Part shown: positions 1 through 8,893 of the stretch, in pieces | How the letters are laid out: every line of letters starts with the position of its first letter | Numbering within the stretch: the first letter of the stretch is position 1 | Assembly: GCA_947478005.1 (NCBI GenBank) | Contig: CANJVG010000001.1 | Span: 17,832 to 81,831, forward strand | Direction of reading: 5' to 3' | Length of the DNA stretch: 64,000 nucleotides | Origin: Bacteroidota bacterium | Lineage (GTDB): Bacteria; Bacteroidota; Bacteroidia; Chitinophagales; LD1 | The notes under the pieces: generated by a model | The model's database searches: none | Told to the model about the DNA's origin: nothing | What the model saw: only the letters and a program-made list of their open reading frames with translations | Made by a program: the position numbers and the translations under genes

Positions 1-1539
1 ACCCACATGGGCGGCTGGCGACCTAATTCAAACTACAATCAATTCTCAGGCTATGGAAAAATCCAATTCCAGCCTATAGAAAATCTGAAAATCAGCTTAG
101 AATATTCTGCGCTCCGCAATCGTATTCACATGCCCGGTGGCTTCAGCGATGCACAGTACCAGGAAAATATCCGCGCCTCCTACCGTGCCCGAAACTGGCT
201 AAAAAGCCCTTGGAATGTTGGTGCGTTTAAACTCGATTACAACATCGGCAAAAATGTGTCCATCAACTTTACTTCGTCCCTGCTGGCAAGCGGACGGTCG
301 CTGATTTGGAAAAATGAGGATGGCGGCCCGGAAGAACCGGATGAGATAGACCCCGCTACCGGCACCTATGGCAACCGCGAAGTAGAAAAAGAATCCTTCC
401 TAAGTACCACCAACGAATTGCGCATAACGGCCAACTACCGGATTAGAAAGACCCAAAATACAATTGCCGGTGGGCTCCGCTTTTTCTATGGCAAAATGCA
501 TCGGCAGGGTGGCGGTTTGGGAACTACCGGCAGCGATTTTGATTTAAGCTTAATAGACCCGCGATATGAATATGATTTGAACTTCACCACCACCAATGTG
601 GCTCCCTTTATCGAAAACATTTTTAGGGTTACCGATAAGTTTTCAATCGTACCGGGTTTTCGTTTCGAGTTTGTAAATTCTACCGCCAAAGGATATAATG
701 CTTACGACAACTATGTAGTGAACGCTGACCGTTCCACCAATCGTTATATTCCATTAGCGGGCATTGGTCTGCAATACAAAACAACGTCCACTACCTCGGT
801 TTATGCCAATTGGTCGCAAGCCTATAAGCCAACAGACTATTCGCAGCTTTCGCCCATAGGCACTACTTCCGTTATAGACTCGAAGATGAAAGACGCCAAT
901 GGCTTCAACACAGACCTCGGGTTCAGAGGTACGGTAAAAAACTTTTTGAGTTTCGATATCGGTGCATTCTATCTTCAATACAATAACCGCATTGGTTTAA
1001 TTGAAAAAACAGATACTAACGGAAACACCTACGCTTACCGCACCAACATTGCGAACAGTCGTCACGTGGGAGCAGAAACCTATATAGAGATTAACCCCGT
1101 GAAGGCATTTACAACGGTAAGTAAATACGGTACTATCAGCTTCTTCAACTCGTTTACCTTTATTGATGCCCGGTACACCAGCGGTCCGGTAAAGAATAAT
1201 TTTGTGGAGAATGCTCCGCGCTTCATCAACCGTTTCGGAACCACGTTTGCTGTGCAGGGTTTCTCCATTACATTGCTGGTTAGCCACACTTCCAAGTCGT
1301 TTTCAGATGCCTCCAATACGGTGAAGAGCGATGATGCCGTAGTGGGCCTTGTTCCTTCCTATACCGTGCTCGACCTTTCTGCTTCTTATAAATTTCTGAA
1401 ACGGTTTCAGGTAAAGGCAGGTATAAACAATCTTTCAGGTACAAAGTATTTTACCAAACGCACAGATGAATACCCGGGCCCCGGCATCATTCCTTCACTC
1501 GGGAGAAGTTTCTATGTAGGTGTGGGCGCAAAATTCTAA
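1..1539 (+). CDS. TonB-dependent outer-membrane receptor, C-terminal part (5' end lies outside the window)
   Basis: The reading frame is open back to position 1. The sequence has a beta-barrel-like pattern and ends ...GRSFYVGVGAKF, with the terminal aromatic residue typical of TonB-dependent barrels. A conserved-looking block NLSGTKYFTKRTDEYPGPGIIP is present. Confidence 0.85.
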   Translation, partial: THMGGWRPNSNYNQFSGYGKIQFQPIENLKISLEYSALRNRIHMPGGFSDAQYQENIRASYRARNWLKSPWNVGAFKLDYNIGKNVSINFTSSLLASGRSLIWKNEDGGPEEPDEIDPATGTYGNREVEKESFLSTTNELRITANYRIRKTQNTIAGGLRFFYGKMHRQGGGLGTTGSDFDLSLIDPRYEYDLNFTTTNVAPFIENIFRVTDKFSIVPGFRFEFVNSTAKGYNAYDNYVVNADRSTNRYIPLAGIGLQYKTTSTTSVYANWSQAYKPTDYSQLSPIGTTSVIDSKMKDANGFNTDLGFRGTVKNFLSFDIGAFYLQYNNRIGLIEKTDTNGNTYAYRTNIANSRHVGAETYIEINPVKAFTTVSKYGTISFFNSFTFIDARYTSGPVKNNFVENAPRFINRFGTTFAVQGFSITLLVSHTSKSFSDASNTVKSDDAVVGLVPSYTVLDLSASYKFLKRFQVKAGINNLSGTKYFTKRTDEYPGPGIIPSLGRSFYVGVGAKF

Positions 1540-1556
1540 AACTCAATATATACACC

Positions 1557-2663
1557 ATGAACAAACTTAATCCACTGCTGATTGTCGTAGTCACTTCAGT
1601 TTTTGCCCTGCTTGCTTTATCGCAATGCAGCAAACGCGACAACGAAACCACCACCTACGATTTCGAACACAATCTTGCCGATCTGAATCAGGTTCAGATA
1701 ATCGGCAAGAAAATTTTTTTCGATAAGAATCTCTCCTCTCCTGCAGGTCAAAGTTGCGCCAGCTGCCATAATCCGGCTACCGGTTTCAGCGATCCAGCGC
1801 TTAAACCATTTTCAGAAGGTGCAGTTGCCGGACGATTTGGCAACCGCAACGCACCTCCGCTGGGTTATTTGTCTTTTTCCCCCGTTCGATATTTTGACAA
1901 TGTAGACTCCACATTTGTAGGAGGACTATTTCTAGATGGTAGAGTTAATTCGCTCAAAGAACAAGTTCGTTTTCCATTGCTGAATCATTTAGAAATGAAT
2001 AACGGCAGTATTAGTGAGGTTGTTACTAAAGTGAGTCAAGCCAATTATGCCACTCTGTTTAAAAACACCTTCGGCAAGAATATTTTTGATGATACCACAG
2101 CGGCCTTTGATGCCATTTCAAAAGCAGTCGCAGAATTTGAGCGCAGCGAACAGGTAAGCCCCTTCAGCAGTAAATACGATGCCTACTTAGATGGTGAAGC
2201 ATCCCTTACGCCTCAGGAACTTCGCGGCTTGCAATTATTCAACGATACCGCCAAAGGCAAATGTGCCAATTGTCATCCAAGTGATGCAGACAATGATTTC
2301 GGTGCTGCTTTGTTTACCGACTTTACTTATGACAATATAGGCCTGCCACACAATCCCAATGCAACGACCTCCCAATCCGATTGGGGCTTAGGAGCTATTG
2401 TCAATAATCCTTCCATGAACGGACAATTTAAAGTGCCGTCTTTGCGCAATGTTGCTGTCAGTGCTCCCTATTTTCACAACGGCTATTTCGACAACCTGAA
2501 CGATGCGGTACGATTTTATTCAGAACGAGATGTACCCGGCAAATTTCCGGCACCCGAAGCAAGCCAAAATGTAAACAAAGATGAACTGGGCGATTTACAT
2601 CTTACTCCTCAGGAAATAGATGATATAGTTGCATTCCTTAAAACTTTGACAGACGGATATTGA
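1557..2663 (+). CDS. Di-heme cytochrome c peroxidase (CCP/MauG family)
   Basis: There are two CxxCH heme motifs (SCASCHNPATGFSD and KCANCHPSD). PSLRNVAVSAPYFHNG resembles the conserved CCP block. The N-terminus looks like a signal or lipoprotein sequence (LALSQC). Confidence 0.9.
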   Translation: MNKLNPLLIVVVTSVFALLALSQCSKRDNETTTYDFEHNLADLNQVQIIGKKIFFDKNLSSPAGQSCASCHNPATGFSDPALKPFSEGAVAGRFGNRNAPPLGYLSFSPVRYFDNVDSTFVGGLFLDGRVNSLKEQVRFPLLNHLEMNNGSISEVVTKVSQANYATLFKNTFGKNIFDDTTAAFDAISKAVAEFERSEQVSPFSSKYDAYLDGEASLTPQELRGLQLFNDTAKGKCANCHPSDADNDFGAALFTDFTYDNIGLPHNPNATTSQSDWGLGAIVNNPSMNGQFKVPSLRNVAVSAPYFHNGYFDNLNDAVRFYSERDVPGKFPAPEASQNVNKDELGDLHLTPQEIDDIVAFLKTLTDGY

Positions 2664-2704
2664 TAAATCGCGAATAATTGATAGCATTGAATTCTCAAAA
2701 AATA

Positions 2705-2848
2705 ATGGGAAACGAAAAAGAATTTAATCCATCGAAATGGAAAGTCTGGTTCAAGCGATTTGGACTGGCGGGGTTTTTATTTTTCCTTGCTAAAGGTTTA
2801 GTATGGGTGGGCGTAGCCGTTATGGCTGTTTATGCCGCAAAAGATTAG
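2705..2848 (+). CDS. Possible 47-aa small membrane protein (hypothetical)
   Basis: ATG-to-TAG ORF below the track cutoff, read by hand: MGNEKEFNPSKWKVWFKRFGLAGFLFFLAKGLVWVGVAVMAVYAAKD. It contains one clear hydrophobic helix. No other support. Confidence 0.3.
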   Translation: MGNEKEFNPSKWKVWFKRFGLAGFLFFLAKGLVWVGVAVMAVYAAKD

Positions 2849-2918
2849 AAACTTATCTTTTGCACCTACAGCAATACCGGAAGATTGAAAATAATTGCGC
2901 TTTTATTTTGCGCCACAG

Positions 2919-2948
2919 TTGCAAAAGTATTCGAGATGATTATTTTTG
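2919..2948 (+). promoter_or_regulatory. Candidate Bacteroidetes-type promoter for tRNA-Gln (TTG-N19-TATTTTTG)
   Basis: TTG at 2919-2921 and TATTTTTG at 2941-2948 match the TAnnTTTG -7 motif with 19-nt spacing. The motif ends about 22 nt upstream of the tRNA 5' end. Confidence 0.4.
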
Positions 2949-2970
2949 CGTCCGCTTTTAAAATAAGCAT

Positions 2971-3041
2971 TGGCCCATCGTCTAACGGCAGGACTACAGT
3001 TTTTGGTACTGTGTATATTGGTTCGAATCCAGTTGGGCCAA
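2971..3041 (+). tRNA. tRNA-Gln (anticodon UUG)
   Basis: Cloverleaf drawn by hand: acceptor TGGCCCA/TGGGCCA, D stem GTCT/GGAC, anticodon stem ACAGT/ACTGT with loop TTTTGGT (anticodon TTG), T stem ATTGG/CCAGT with loop TTCGAAT. The U1:A72 pair is typical of bacterial tRNA-Gln. CCA is not encoded. Confidence 0.9.
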
Positions 3042-3051
3042 CAATCTTAAA

Positions 3052-3081
3052 ATCCGCTCTATATATAGAGCGGATTTTTTG
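3052..3081 (+). terminator. Rho-independent terminator after tRNA-Gln
   Basis: Stem ATCCGCTCT / AGAGCGGAT with loop ATATAT, followed by a T-run. Confidence 0.7.
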
Positions 3082-3093
3082 TTTATTCGCCTT

Positions 3094-4065
3094 ATGAACT
3101 TCCTCGATTTTGAAAAACCTATTGAAGAACTCTTTCTTGAGCTCGAACGAGTAAAAGCGGTCGAGTATGACAGCCCAGTTATAAAGGAGCAGATTGTTTC
3201 TAAAGTGGAATACCAACTTAGGGACCGCCAAAAGGAAATTTATTCTACTCTTAGTACCTGGCAGCGCATACAGGTAAGCCGTCATCCCGATCGTCCTTAT
3301 TCCCTTTTTTATATTGAATACATCTGCAACAAATTCGTTGAGCTGTTTGGTGATCGTAATTTTAAGGACGACAAATCAATTATTGGCGGCTTAGGCGAAA
3401 TTGACGGCAAAACCTATATGCTTATTGGACATCAAAAAGGTGTGAATACAAAAATGAGGCAGTATCGAAATTTTGGTATGCCGAATCCTGAGGGCTATCG
3501 AAAAGCGTTGCGATTAATGAAGTTGGCCGAAAAGTTCAATAAGCCAATTGTTACTTTGATTGATACTCCGGGTGCCTATCCGGGTGAGGAAGCCGAAGCC
3601 CGAGGGCAGGGTGAAGCTATTGCCCGCAATTTGATTCAGATGGCTGGATTGAAAGTTCCCGTTCTTTGCATTGTTATAGGCGAAGGCGCCTCGGGTGGTG
3701 CTTTGGGAATTGGTGTGGGCGATAGATTACTGATGCTGGAGAACACCTGGTTTTCGGTTATTTCGCCTGAATCCTGTTCTTCTATTTTATGGAGAAGCTG
3801 GGATTTCAAAGAAAAAGCGGCCGAGGCTTTGAAGCCAACGCCACAAGAATTATTGAAGTTTGGGATTATTGACGGAATAGTGAAAGAGCCACTCGGAGGA
3901 GCACATACGAATCCGGAAGAAATGGCCAAAACATTGAAGCGCACTATCATTAAACACATAGCGGAGTTGGAAGAAAAGACCCCCATCGAAAGAATCAACC
4001 AGCGCATTGTGAAATATTCGGGTATTGGTGTTTATGAATCAACCGAAGAAAATATAGTGCGATGA
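3094..4065 (+). CDS. accA: Acetyl-CoA carboxylase carboxyltransferase subunit alpha
   Basis: [13 protein letters not shown]..., [38 protein letters not shown] and [14 protein letters not shown] are collinear with E. coli AccA. I use the ATG at 3094 rather than the track's TTG at 3079. Confidence 0.93.
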   Translation: MNFLDFEKPIEELFLELERVKAVEYDSPVIKEQIVSKVEYQLRDRQKEIYSTLSTWQRIQVSRHPDRPYSLFYIEYICNKFVELFGDRNFKDDKSIIGGLGEIDGKTYMLIGHQKGVNTKMRQYRNFGMPNPEGYRKALRLMKLAEKFNKPIVTLIDTPGAYPGEEAEARGQGEAIARNLIQMAGLKVPVLCIVIGEGASGGALGIGVGDRLLMLENTWFSVISPESCSSILWRSWDFKEKAAEALKPTPQELLKFGIIDGIVKEPLGGAHTNPEEMAKTLKRTIIKHIAELEEKTPIERINQRIVKYSGIGVYESTEENIVR

Positions 4066-4604
4066 AGCTGTGGAACGACCTCCGAAATTATTTCTACCAA
4101 AAAAATATTGTTGCAAAATTGAAGGAACTTAGTCCGGCTCGCAGCCTGACTAATCTGCACGATGCAAAAACGTTAGGTATTGTGTATGACAGCACTAATC
4201 CTGACAATGATGCAGCCATTAGCAAATTTGCCGAGCAGTTGCGCGCAAACGGCAAGACTGTGGAAATACTTGCTTTTATCAACGACAAAAAGATAGAAGC
4301 CAAACCCGGTATAGAACTGTTCAACACAAAAAACCTCAGCTGGAACTTAACCCCGGTAGATGAGCGGGTAGAGAAATTTGCGGCTCAAAAATTTGATTTG
4401 CTGCTGGCCTGTTTTATGGATAGCAGCTACCCGTTGGAATATATTGTAAGAACATCTCGGGCTAAATGGCGTGTGGGTCATTTTTCGGAACAGAAAACCG
4501 ACTATTACGAAATGATGATAAACACCGACAGCAAAAAGGAACTTTCTTATTTCCTGCAACAGGCAACACATTTTCTAAACGCTATAAAATATGATTCAAA
4601 GTAA
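4062..4604 (+). CDS. Conserved hypothetical protein (180 aa)
   Basis: Clean ORF whose start overlaps the accA stop (ATGA) and whose end overlaps the dapA start by 14 nt. I recognise no motif. Confidence 0.6.
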   Translation: MKLWNDLRNYFYQKNIVAKLKELSPARSLTNLHDAKTLGIVYDSTNPDNDAAISKFAEQLRANGKTVEILAFINDKKIEAKPGIELFNTKNLSWNLTPVDERVEKFAAQKFDLLLACFMDSSYPLEYIVRTSRAKWRVGHFSEQKTDYYEMMINTDSKKELSYFLQQATHFLNAIKYDSK

Positions 4605-5472
4605 ACTACGTGGCACAGGGGTGGCCCTTATTACTCCATTCAACAGCAAAGGTGAAATTGATTTCCCGGGTTTGGAGAAATTGATTGATCATTGTATTAC
4701 CGGTGGGGTAGAGTATCTGGTGTCTTTGGGGACTACCGGTGAAAGTGTAAGCCTGTCGAAGGAAGAGAAACTGGACGTGCTGAATTTTACGATTGAAAAA
4801 AATGCAGGCCGGGTGCCGGTGGTGGCGGGTTTTGGAGGAAACAGCACTCATGGAGTTATTAAGGATATCGAGCAATTCCATTTTAAAGGAGTGGATGCCA
4901 TTCTTTCGGTTTCTCCTTTTTATAATAAACCAATGCAGGAGGGTATTTTTCAGCACTATAAAGCGGTTGCAGCTTCTGCCCCAAAACCTATTCTGCTTTA
5001 TAATGTACCGGGCCGCACGGCATCAAATATGACGGCAGCTACCACACTTCGATTGGCTGAGGTGGAGAACATTATTGGCATGAAAGAAGCTTCAGGCGAT
5101 TTTAACCAATGCATGGCGCTTGTAAAAAACAAGCCAAAAGATTTCCTGCTTATTTCGGGAGACGATAATATTACGCTCGGTTTAGTGGCGTATGGCTTTG
5201 ATGGGGTCATTTCGGTGGTGGGGCAGGCCTTCCCTGCAATTTTTACCGAAATGGTTCGTCAATCTTTGGCAGGCGATTTTGTGAAAGCACACGCGCTTCA
5301 TTATAAGCTGAACGATATAACCGATATGCTGTTTGCAGAAGGGAATCCGGGTGGAGTAAAATGTGCACTGGAGTTGTTGGGAGTTTGTGATAGTCACCTT
5401 CGATTGCCGTTAGTTCTTGTTTCGTCAGCCCTTAAGGATAAGATGAAAGAAGCTATTAATAATCTTTCTTAG
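4591..5472 (+). CDS. dapA: 4-hydroxy-tetrahydrodipicolinate synthase
   Basis: GTGVALITPF, GTTGES and YNVPGRT motifs. The length (293 aa) is typical of DapA. Confidence 0.93.
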   Translation: MIQSKLRGTGVALITPFNSKGEIDFPGLEKLIDHCITGGVEYLVSLGTTGESVSLSKEEKLDVLNFTIEKNAGRVPVVAGFGGNSTHGVIKDIEQFHFKGVDAILSVSPFYNKPMQEGIFQHYKAVAASAPKPILLYNVPGRTASNMTAATTLRLAEVENIIGMKEASGDFNQCMALVKNKPKDFLLISGDDNITLGLVAYGFDGVISVVGQAFPAIFTEMVRQSLAGDFVKAHALHYKLNDITDMLFAEGNPGGVKCALELLGVCDSHLRLPLVLVSSALKDKMKEAINNLS

Positions 5473-5737
5473 AAACCAGGCTGACAATCTGTAGAACGGC
5501 TGGATTTCATAGGTATTAAAGTAAAAAACCTAAAGAAAGCAGGATAGTCAAAAGGGCTAATATCCCGATAATGACTCGATATAACACAGAAGGCAGGTTG
5601 TATTATTTATCCTAAAATAATGAACAACCACTTGCCTTTTCCCGTTTTGAAGTGTATCTTGTCAGCATAACGCAATAAATTTTATATTCGCCCTCCGTAA
5701 AAAAGAAGGCTTTACCTAAAAAAACAAATAGAAAAGA

Positions 5738-6607
5738 ATGAGACAACTCAAAATTTCCAAGTCAATTACTAACCGCGAAAGTCAGTCAATTGAAAAGTAT
5801 TTACAGGAAATTGGCAAAGAGGATTTGTTGACACCGGAAGAAGAGGTGCATTTGGCGCGGAGAATTCGTGCCGGTGACCAAACTGCTTTGGAAAAGCTAA
5901 CAAGAGCCAATCTGCGTTTTGTGGTATCGGTGGCTAAGCAGTATCAAAACAATTCACTTTCATTGAACGATTTGATTAATGAAGGAAACTTAGGATTGGT
6001 GAAAGCCGCTCAGAAGTTTGACGAAACCCGTGGTTTCAAATTCATTTCGTATGCGGTTTGGTGGATTCGTCAGTCTATCATTCAGGCTTTGGCCGAGCAT
6101 TCACGTATGGTTCGTTTGCCGCTGAACAAAGTGGGCTCATTGACCAAGATAAACAAAGTGTTTTCAGAATTGGAGCAAAAATATCAGCGCGAACCTACGC
6201 CTGATGAAGTAGCAATGGTGCTTGAAATAACGGTAGAAGAAGTAATCGCTACCTTAGGTATTTCGGCCCGCCACGTGTCGATGGATGCTCCTTTCACCGA
6301 TGGTGAATCGAATGCCCTGATTGATGTGTTGGAAAACTTCAACGCTGAAAAGGCTGACAATCACTTGGACTATAAAGATTCTTTGCGTATTGAGACTGAA
6401 AGAACCCTGGCTTCTTTGACCGATAGAGAAAAAGAGGTTATCAAATTGTTCTTCGGAATCGGGGTAGAGCATCCTATGACTTTGGAAGATATTGGTGACA
6501 GCCTCGGCATTACCCGCGAACGTATCCGCCAGATTAAGGACAAGGCTATTACCAAGCTTCGTTCACAATCGCGCAGCAAATCGCTGAAAGCGTATCTGGG
6601 ACAATAA
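5738..6607 (+). CDS. rpoD: RNA polymerase primary sigma factor (short Bacteroidetes sigma-70 type)
   Basis: Region 2 ([42 protein letters not shown]), region 3 and region 4 ([23 protein letters not shown]). The 289-aa length matches Bacteroidetes SigA. Confidence 0.93.
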   Translation: MRQLKISKSITNRESQSIEKYLQEIGKEDLLTPEEEVHLARRIRAGDQTALEKLTRANLRFVVSVAKQYQNNSLSLNDLINEGNLGLVKAAQKFDETRGFKFISYAVWWIRQSIIQALAEHSRMVRLPLNKVGSLTKINKVFSELEQKYQREPTPDEVAMVLEITVEEVIATLGISARHVSMDAPFTDGESNALIDVLENFNAEKADNHLDYKDSLRIETERTLASLTDREKEVIKLFFGIGVEHPMTLEDIGDSLGITRERIRQIKDKAITKLRSQSRSKSLKAYLGQ

Positions 6608-6625
6608 AAACAGACGATATTAAAA

Positions 6626-6662
6626 AACAAAAAGCCGAAGAATTTTCTTCGGCTTTTTTGTT
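6626..6662. terminator. Bidirectional rho-independent terminator between rpoD and the XRE gene
   Basis: Stem AAGCCGAAG / CTTCGGCTT, flanked by an A-run upstream and a T-run downstream. Confidence 0.75.
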
Positions 6663-6667
6663 TTCAG

Positions 6668-6940
6668 TTACTTCCACAAAGTGTCATCCTTTTCGGTAAA
6701 ATCTAAAAAAGGTTCTATGGCCATCTGCATGACCACCCAGGGTGGCAGACGCAACGCGCGGCAGATTTTAAAGTAGGTGCTCATCTGCATATCGAAAATC
6801 CCCCTCTCAGCTTTAGAATAATGCGAAGGTTCAATATCGGCAGCTTGAGCGAATGCACCTTGTTTCGGTGTGTGGTTTATGCGCAAGTTGAGAATGGCAC
6901 TTGCAAGGCATTGGATAGCATGGTTTATTTTCATAAGCAT
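6668..6940 (-). CDS. XRE/Cro-C1 family helix-turn-helix transcriptional regulator (90 aa)
   Basis: HTH_3-like segment KQGAFAQAADIEPSHYSKAERG. The small size is typical of this family. Confidence 0.75.
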   Translation of the reverse strand: MLMKINHAIQCLASAILNLRINHTPKQGAFAQAADIEPSHYSKAERGIFDMQMSTYFKICRALRLPPWVVMQMAIEPFLDFTEKDDTLWK

Positions 6941-7097
6941 CTATTTAGTAGTCCAAAAATAGAATAAACTTTTAACGTTTATGGTGTTTTACCGCCACAG
7001 AATTTATTTTCTATTCTCCAGATTTGTGCCTCGAAATTGTTACTCCGTTCTTTGACAGTCGTGTAATGTTATCCTACAGTAAAACAGTCTTGCAACT

Positions 7098-7512
7098 ATA
7101 CCTTGCAAGCTTGCCATCGAACCACGGAAATTTTTCCGGTCGTTCCGCAAGGTTGCAATCGTGTCACGGAATTTTTCTTGATACAGCCGCAAGGTTGAAA
7201 TAGTATGACGGAATTTTCCGGGTCGCTTCGCAAGGTTGCAATCGCATCGCGGAATTTTTCGGGGCTCACCACAAGGTTGAAATCGTGTCACGGAAATTTT
7301 CTTGATGTTCTGCAAGGTTGAAACAGCCTCACGGAATTTTTCGGGGCGCGCTGCAAGGTTGCAATCGGGTCGCGGAATTTTTCGTGGCTTGCCGCAAGGT
7401 TGAAATCATGCCACGGAAATTTTCGGGGCATGATGGCAAGGTTGAAACAGCCTCACGGAATTTTTCTGCGCCCGATTTCAAGGTTGAAACTATCGCGCGG
7501 AATTCTCCGTGG
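7098..7512. repeat. Tandem array of ten 41-42 bp direct repeats (consensus CAAGGTTGMAAY-N6-7-CRCGGAATTTTTC-N10-12)
   Basis: Unit starts, read directly, are at 7098, 7140, 7182, 7223, 7264, 7305, 7346, 7387, 7429 and 7471. Each unit has two conserved boxes separated by variable segments. Degenerate copies occur further upstream, from about 7056. Confidence 0.9.
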
Positions 7513-7567
7513 CCCTCTATCATGTTTATTATCAGTTAATTATAAATAAAAACCAACAACAAACAAA

Positions 7568-8761
7568 ATGTCTACCAGAAGAAAACCTCAAACGTATAGG
7601 CAGCGTTTTAATGCCTTAAAAGCCGGAAAAGCCCGCAAAGATATGGTGCCTGCCCCGCTTATTATTCCCTATTCAGCCGCCACCATTTTGCGGTTAGATG
7701 CTTTTTATGGCCCTTATAAAATAAAGATTGATGCGGTGGATGCCGCCTTGATTGCGCAGGGTGCCGCCACTCATTTGGTAAAAACCACGCGCAGAAAAGC
7801 GGAGTTGAATATTCTTCACTTTTATTCGGCTATGCAAAATGCTATAGCGCGGGAAGTTTTTCCGGAAGAAATAAGGGCGGGCTATGGATTGGCCTTAACC
7901 GATAACAAGATACCAACGGTGAAAAGCGAGGCCGACATTAGTTTTTGGGGCAATAAAATATTGACAGGCGAAGCAGCGCGCATAGCGGGCGGTGGTGCGC
8001 CTATCACTTTTCCTTCGCTGGCCGATGTAACTACGGCATTGAACAATTTCGAGAATGCCAATTTGCAGCAAGCGAATGCCAAGGAGGTGTATGATTATGC
8101 ACAAGAAGCAGTGGAAGCAGATAATGAAGAATGCGACAAACTGATTTTGAAAATGTGGAACGAAACCGAAACTACTTTTGATGAAGGCAACAAGCCGAGC
8201 ATGAGGCGCAAATGCCGCGAATGGGGAGTGGTGTATGTGCCGATACCTGGCGAAGCACTAAACCCCGATGAATATTCCATTGCCGGCAAGGTGACTGACA
8301 GCGCCACAGGCGCCAACCTGGGCGATGTGGTGATTACGATGGTAGAACCCGATGTGACGGTATTGAGCGAAGGCAACGGCAATTACTATTTAGCCCACCA
8401 GCCCGCGGGCAGCTATACGATACAAATTCACAAAGCGGGCTACCTCGACAAAACCATACCAGGCGTAATAGTTACCGCAGGAGCGGTTACTACCCTTAAT
8501 ATGACCCTGGCCTCGGTAGCCACCACCGGCACGCTTAGCGGCAATGTGTCGGCACCGGGCTTTCCACCGGCTACCGTTAGCATACCCGGCACGGCCTTCA
8601 CAGCCACCACCGACCCTATGGGCAACTTTACTATTACAGGCGTGCCCGCTGGTGTGCAAACCGTGCAGGCATTCATCAACAGCAATCCGGCAGCTATACA
8701 AACCCAAACGCCAACCATAGTGGCAGGTGCCACTACTGCGGTTAGTTTTGTTTTTCCATAG
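7568..8761 (+). CDS. Hypothetical protein with two C-terminal CarboxypepD_reg-like (Ig-like beta-sandwich) domains
   Basis: GKVTDSATGANLGDVVITMVEP...GNYYLAHQPAGSYTIQIHKAGY and GTLSGNV...TDPMGNFTITGVPAGVQTVQAF match the CarboxypepD_reg pattern. The N-terminal ~230 aa look helical, are basic at the start, and show no obvious signal peptide. Confidence 0.7.
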   Translation: MSTRRKPQTYRQRFNALKAGKARKDMVPAPLIIPYSAATILRLDAFYGPYKIKIDAVDAALIAQGAATHLVKTTRRKAELNILHFYSAMQNAIAREVFPEEIRAGYGLALTDNKIPTVKSEADISFWGNKILTGEAARIAGGGAPITFPSLADVTTALNNFENANLQQANAKEVYDYAQEAVEADNEECDKLILKMWNETETTFDEGNKPSMRRKCREWGVVYVPIPGEALNPDEYSIAGKVTDSATGANLGDVVITMVEPDVTVLSEGNGNYYLAHQPAGSYTIQIHKAGYLDKTIPGVIVTAGAVTTLNMTLASVATTGTLSGNVSAPGFPPATVSIPGTAFTATTDPMGNFTITGVPAGVQTVQAFINSNPAAIQTQTPTIVAGATTAVSFVFP

Positions 8762-8809
8762 TAGTTAGGGCGCTCCTGTTGGTCGCTGACCAACAGCAAG
8801 CATTCAGAA

Positions 8810-8844
8810 GTTCCACTCCCACAAGGAGTGGAACTTTTTATTTT
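8810..8844 (+). terminator. Rho-independent terminator
   Basis: Stem GTTCCACTCC / GGAGTGGAAC with loop CACAA, followed by TTTTTATTTT. Confidence 0.7.
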
Positions 8845-8893
8845 ATAGATATTGGAAAGAAGGTTACTTTCATTGCAGAATAAATAACCCGCT

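Noticed and set aside
2866-3285. 139-aa minus-strand ORF and 70-aa plus-strand ORF (2885-3097)
   Set aside because: Both run across the tRNA-Gln gene, its terminator and the accA start. Neither has a recognisable motif.
7098-7512. Possible CRISPR array, given the regular direct repeats with variable intervening sequence
   Set aside because: The period is only 41-42 bp. The conserved part is split into two boxes by an internal variable segment. The 'spacers' would be only ~11 nt, the repeats are degenerate rather than near-identical, and there are no cas genes in the window.
7040-7539. Three predicted ORFs (7040-7315 minus, 7318-7539 plus, 7329-7523 minus) with repetitive peptides such as KFRDTIATLR
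   Set aside because: They lie entirely within the repeat array on both strands. Unit length alternates between 41 and 42 bp, so no single frame follows the repeat, and the peptide periodicity is a by-product of the DNA repeat.
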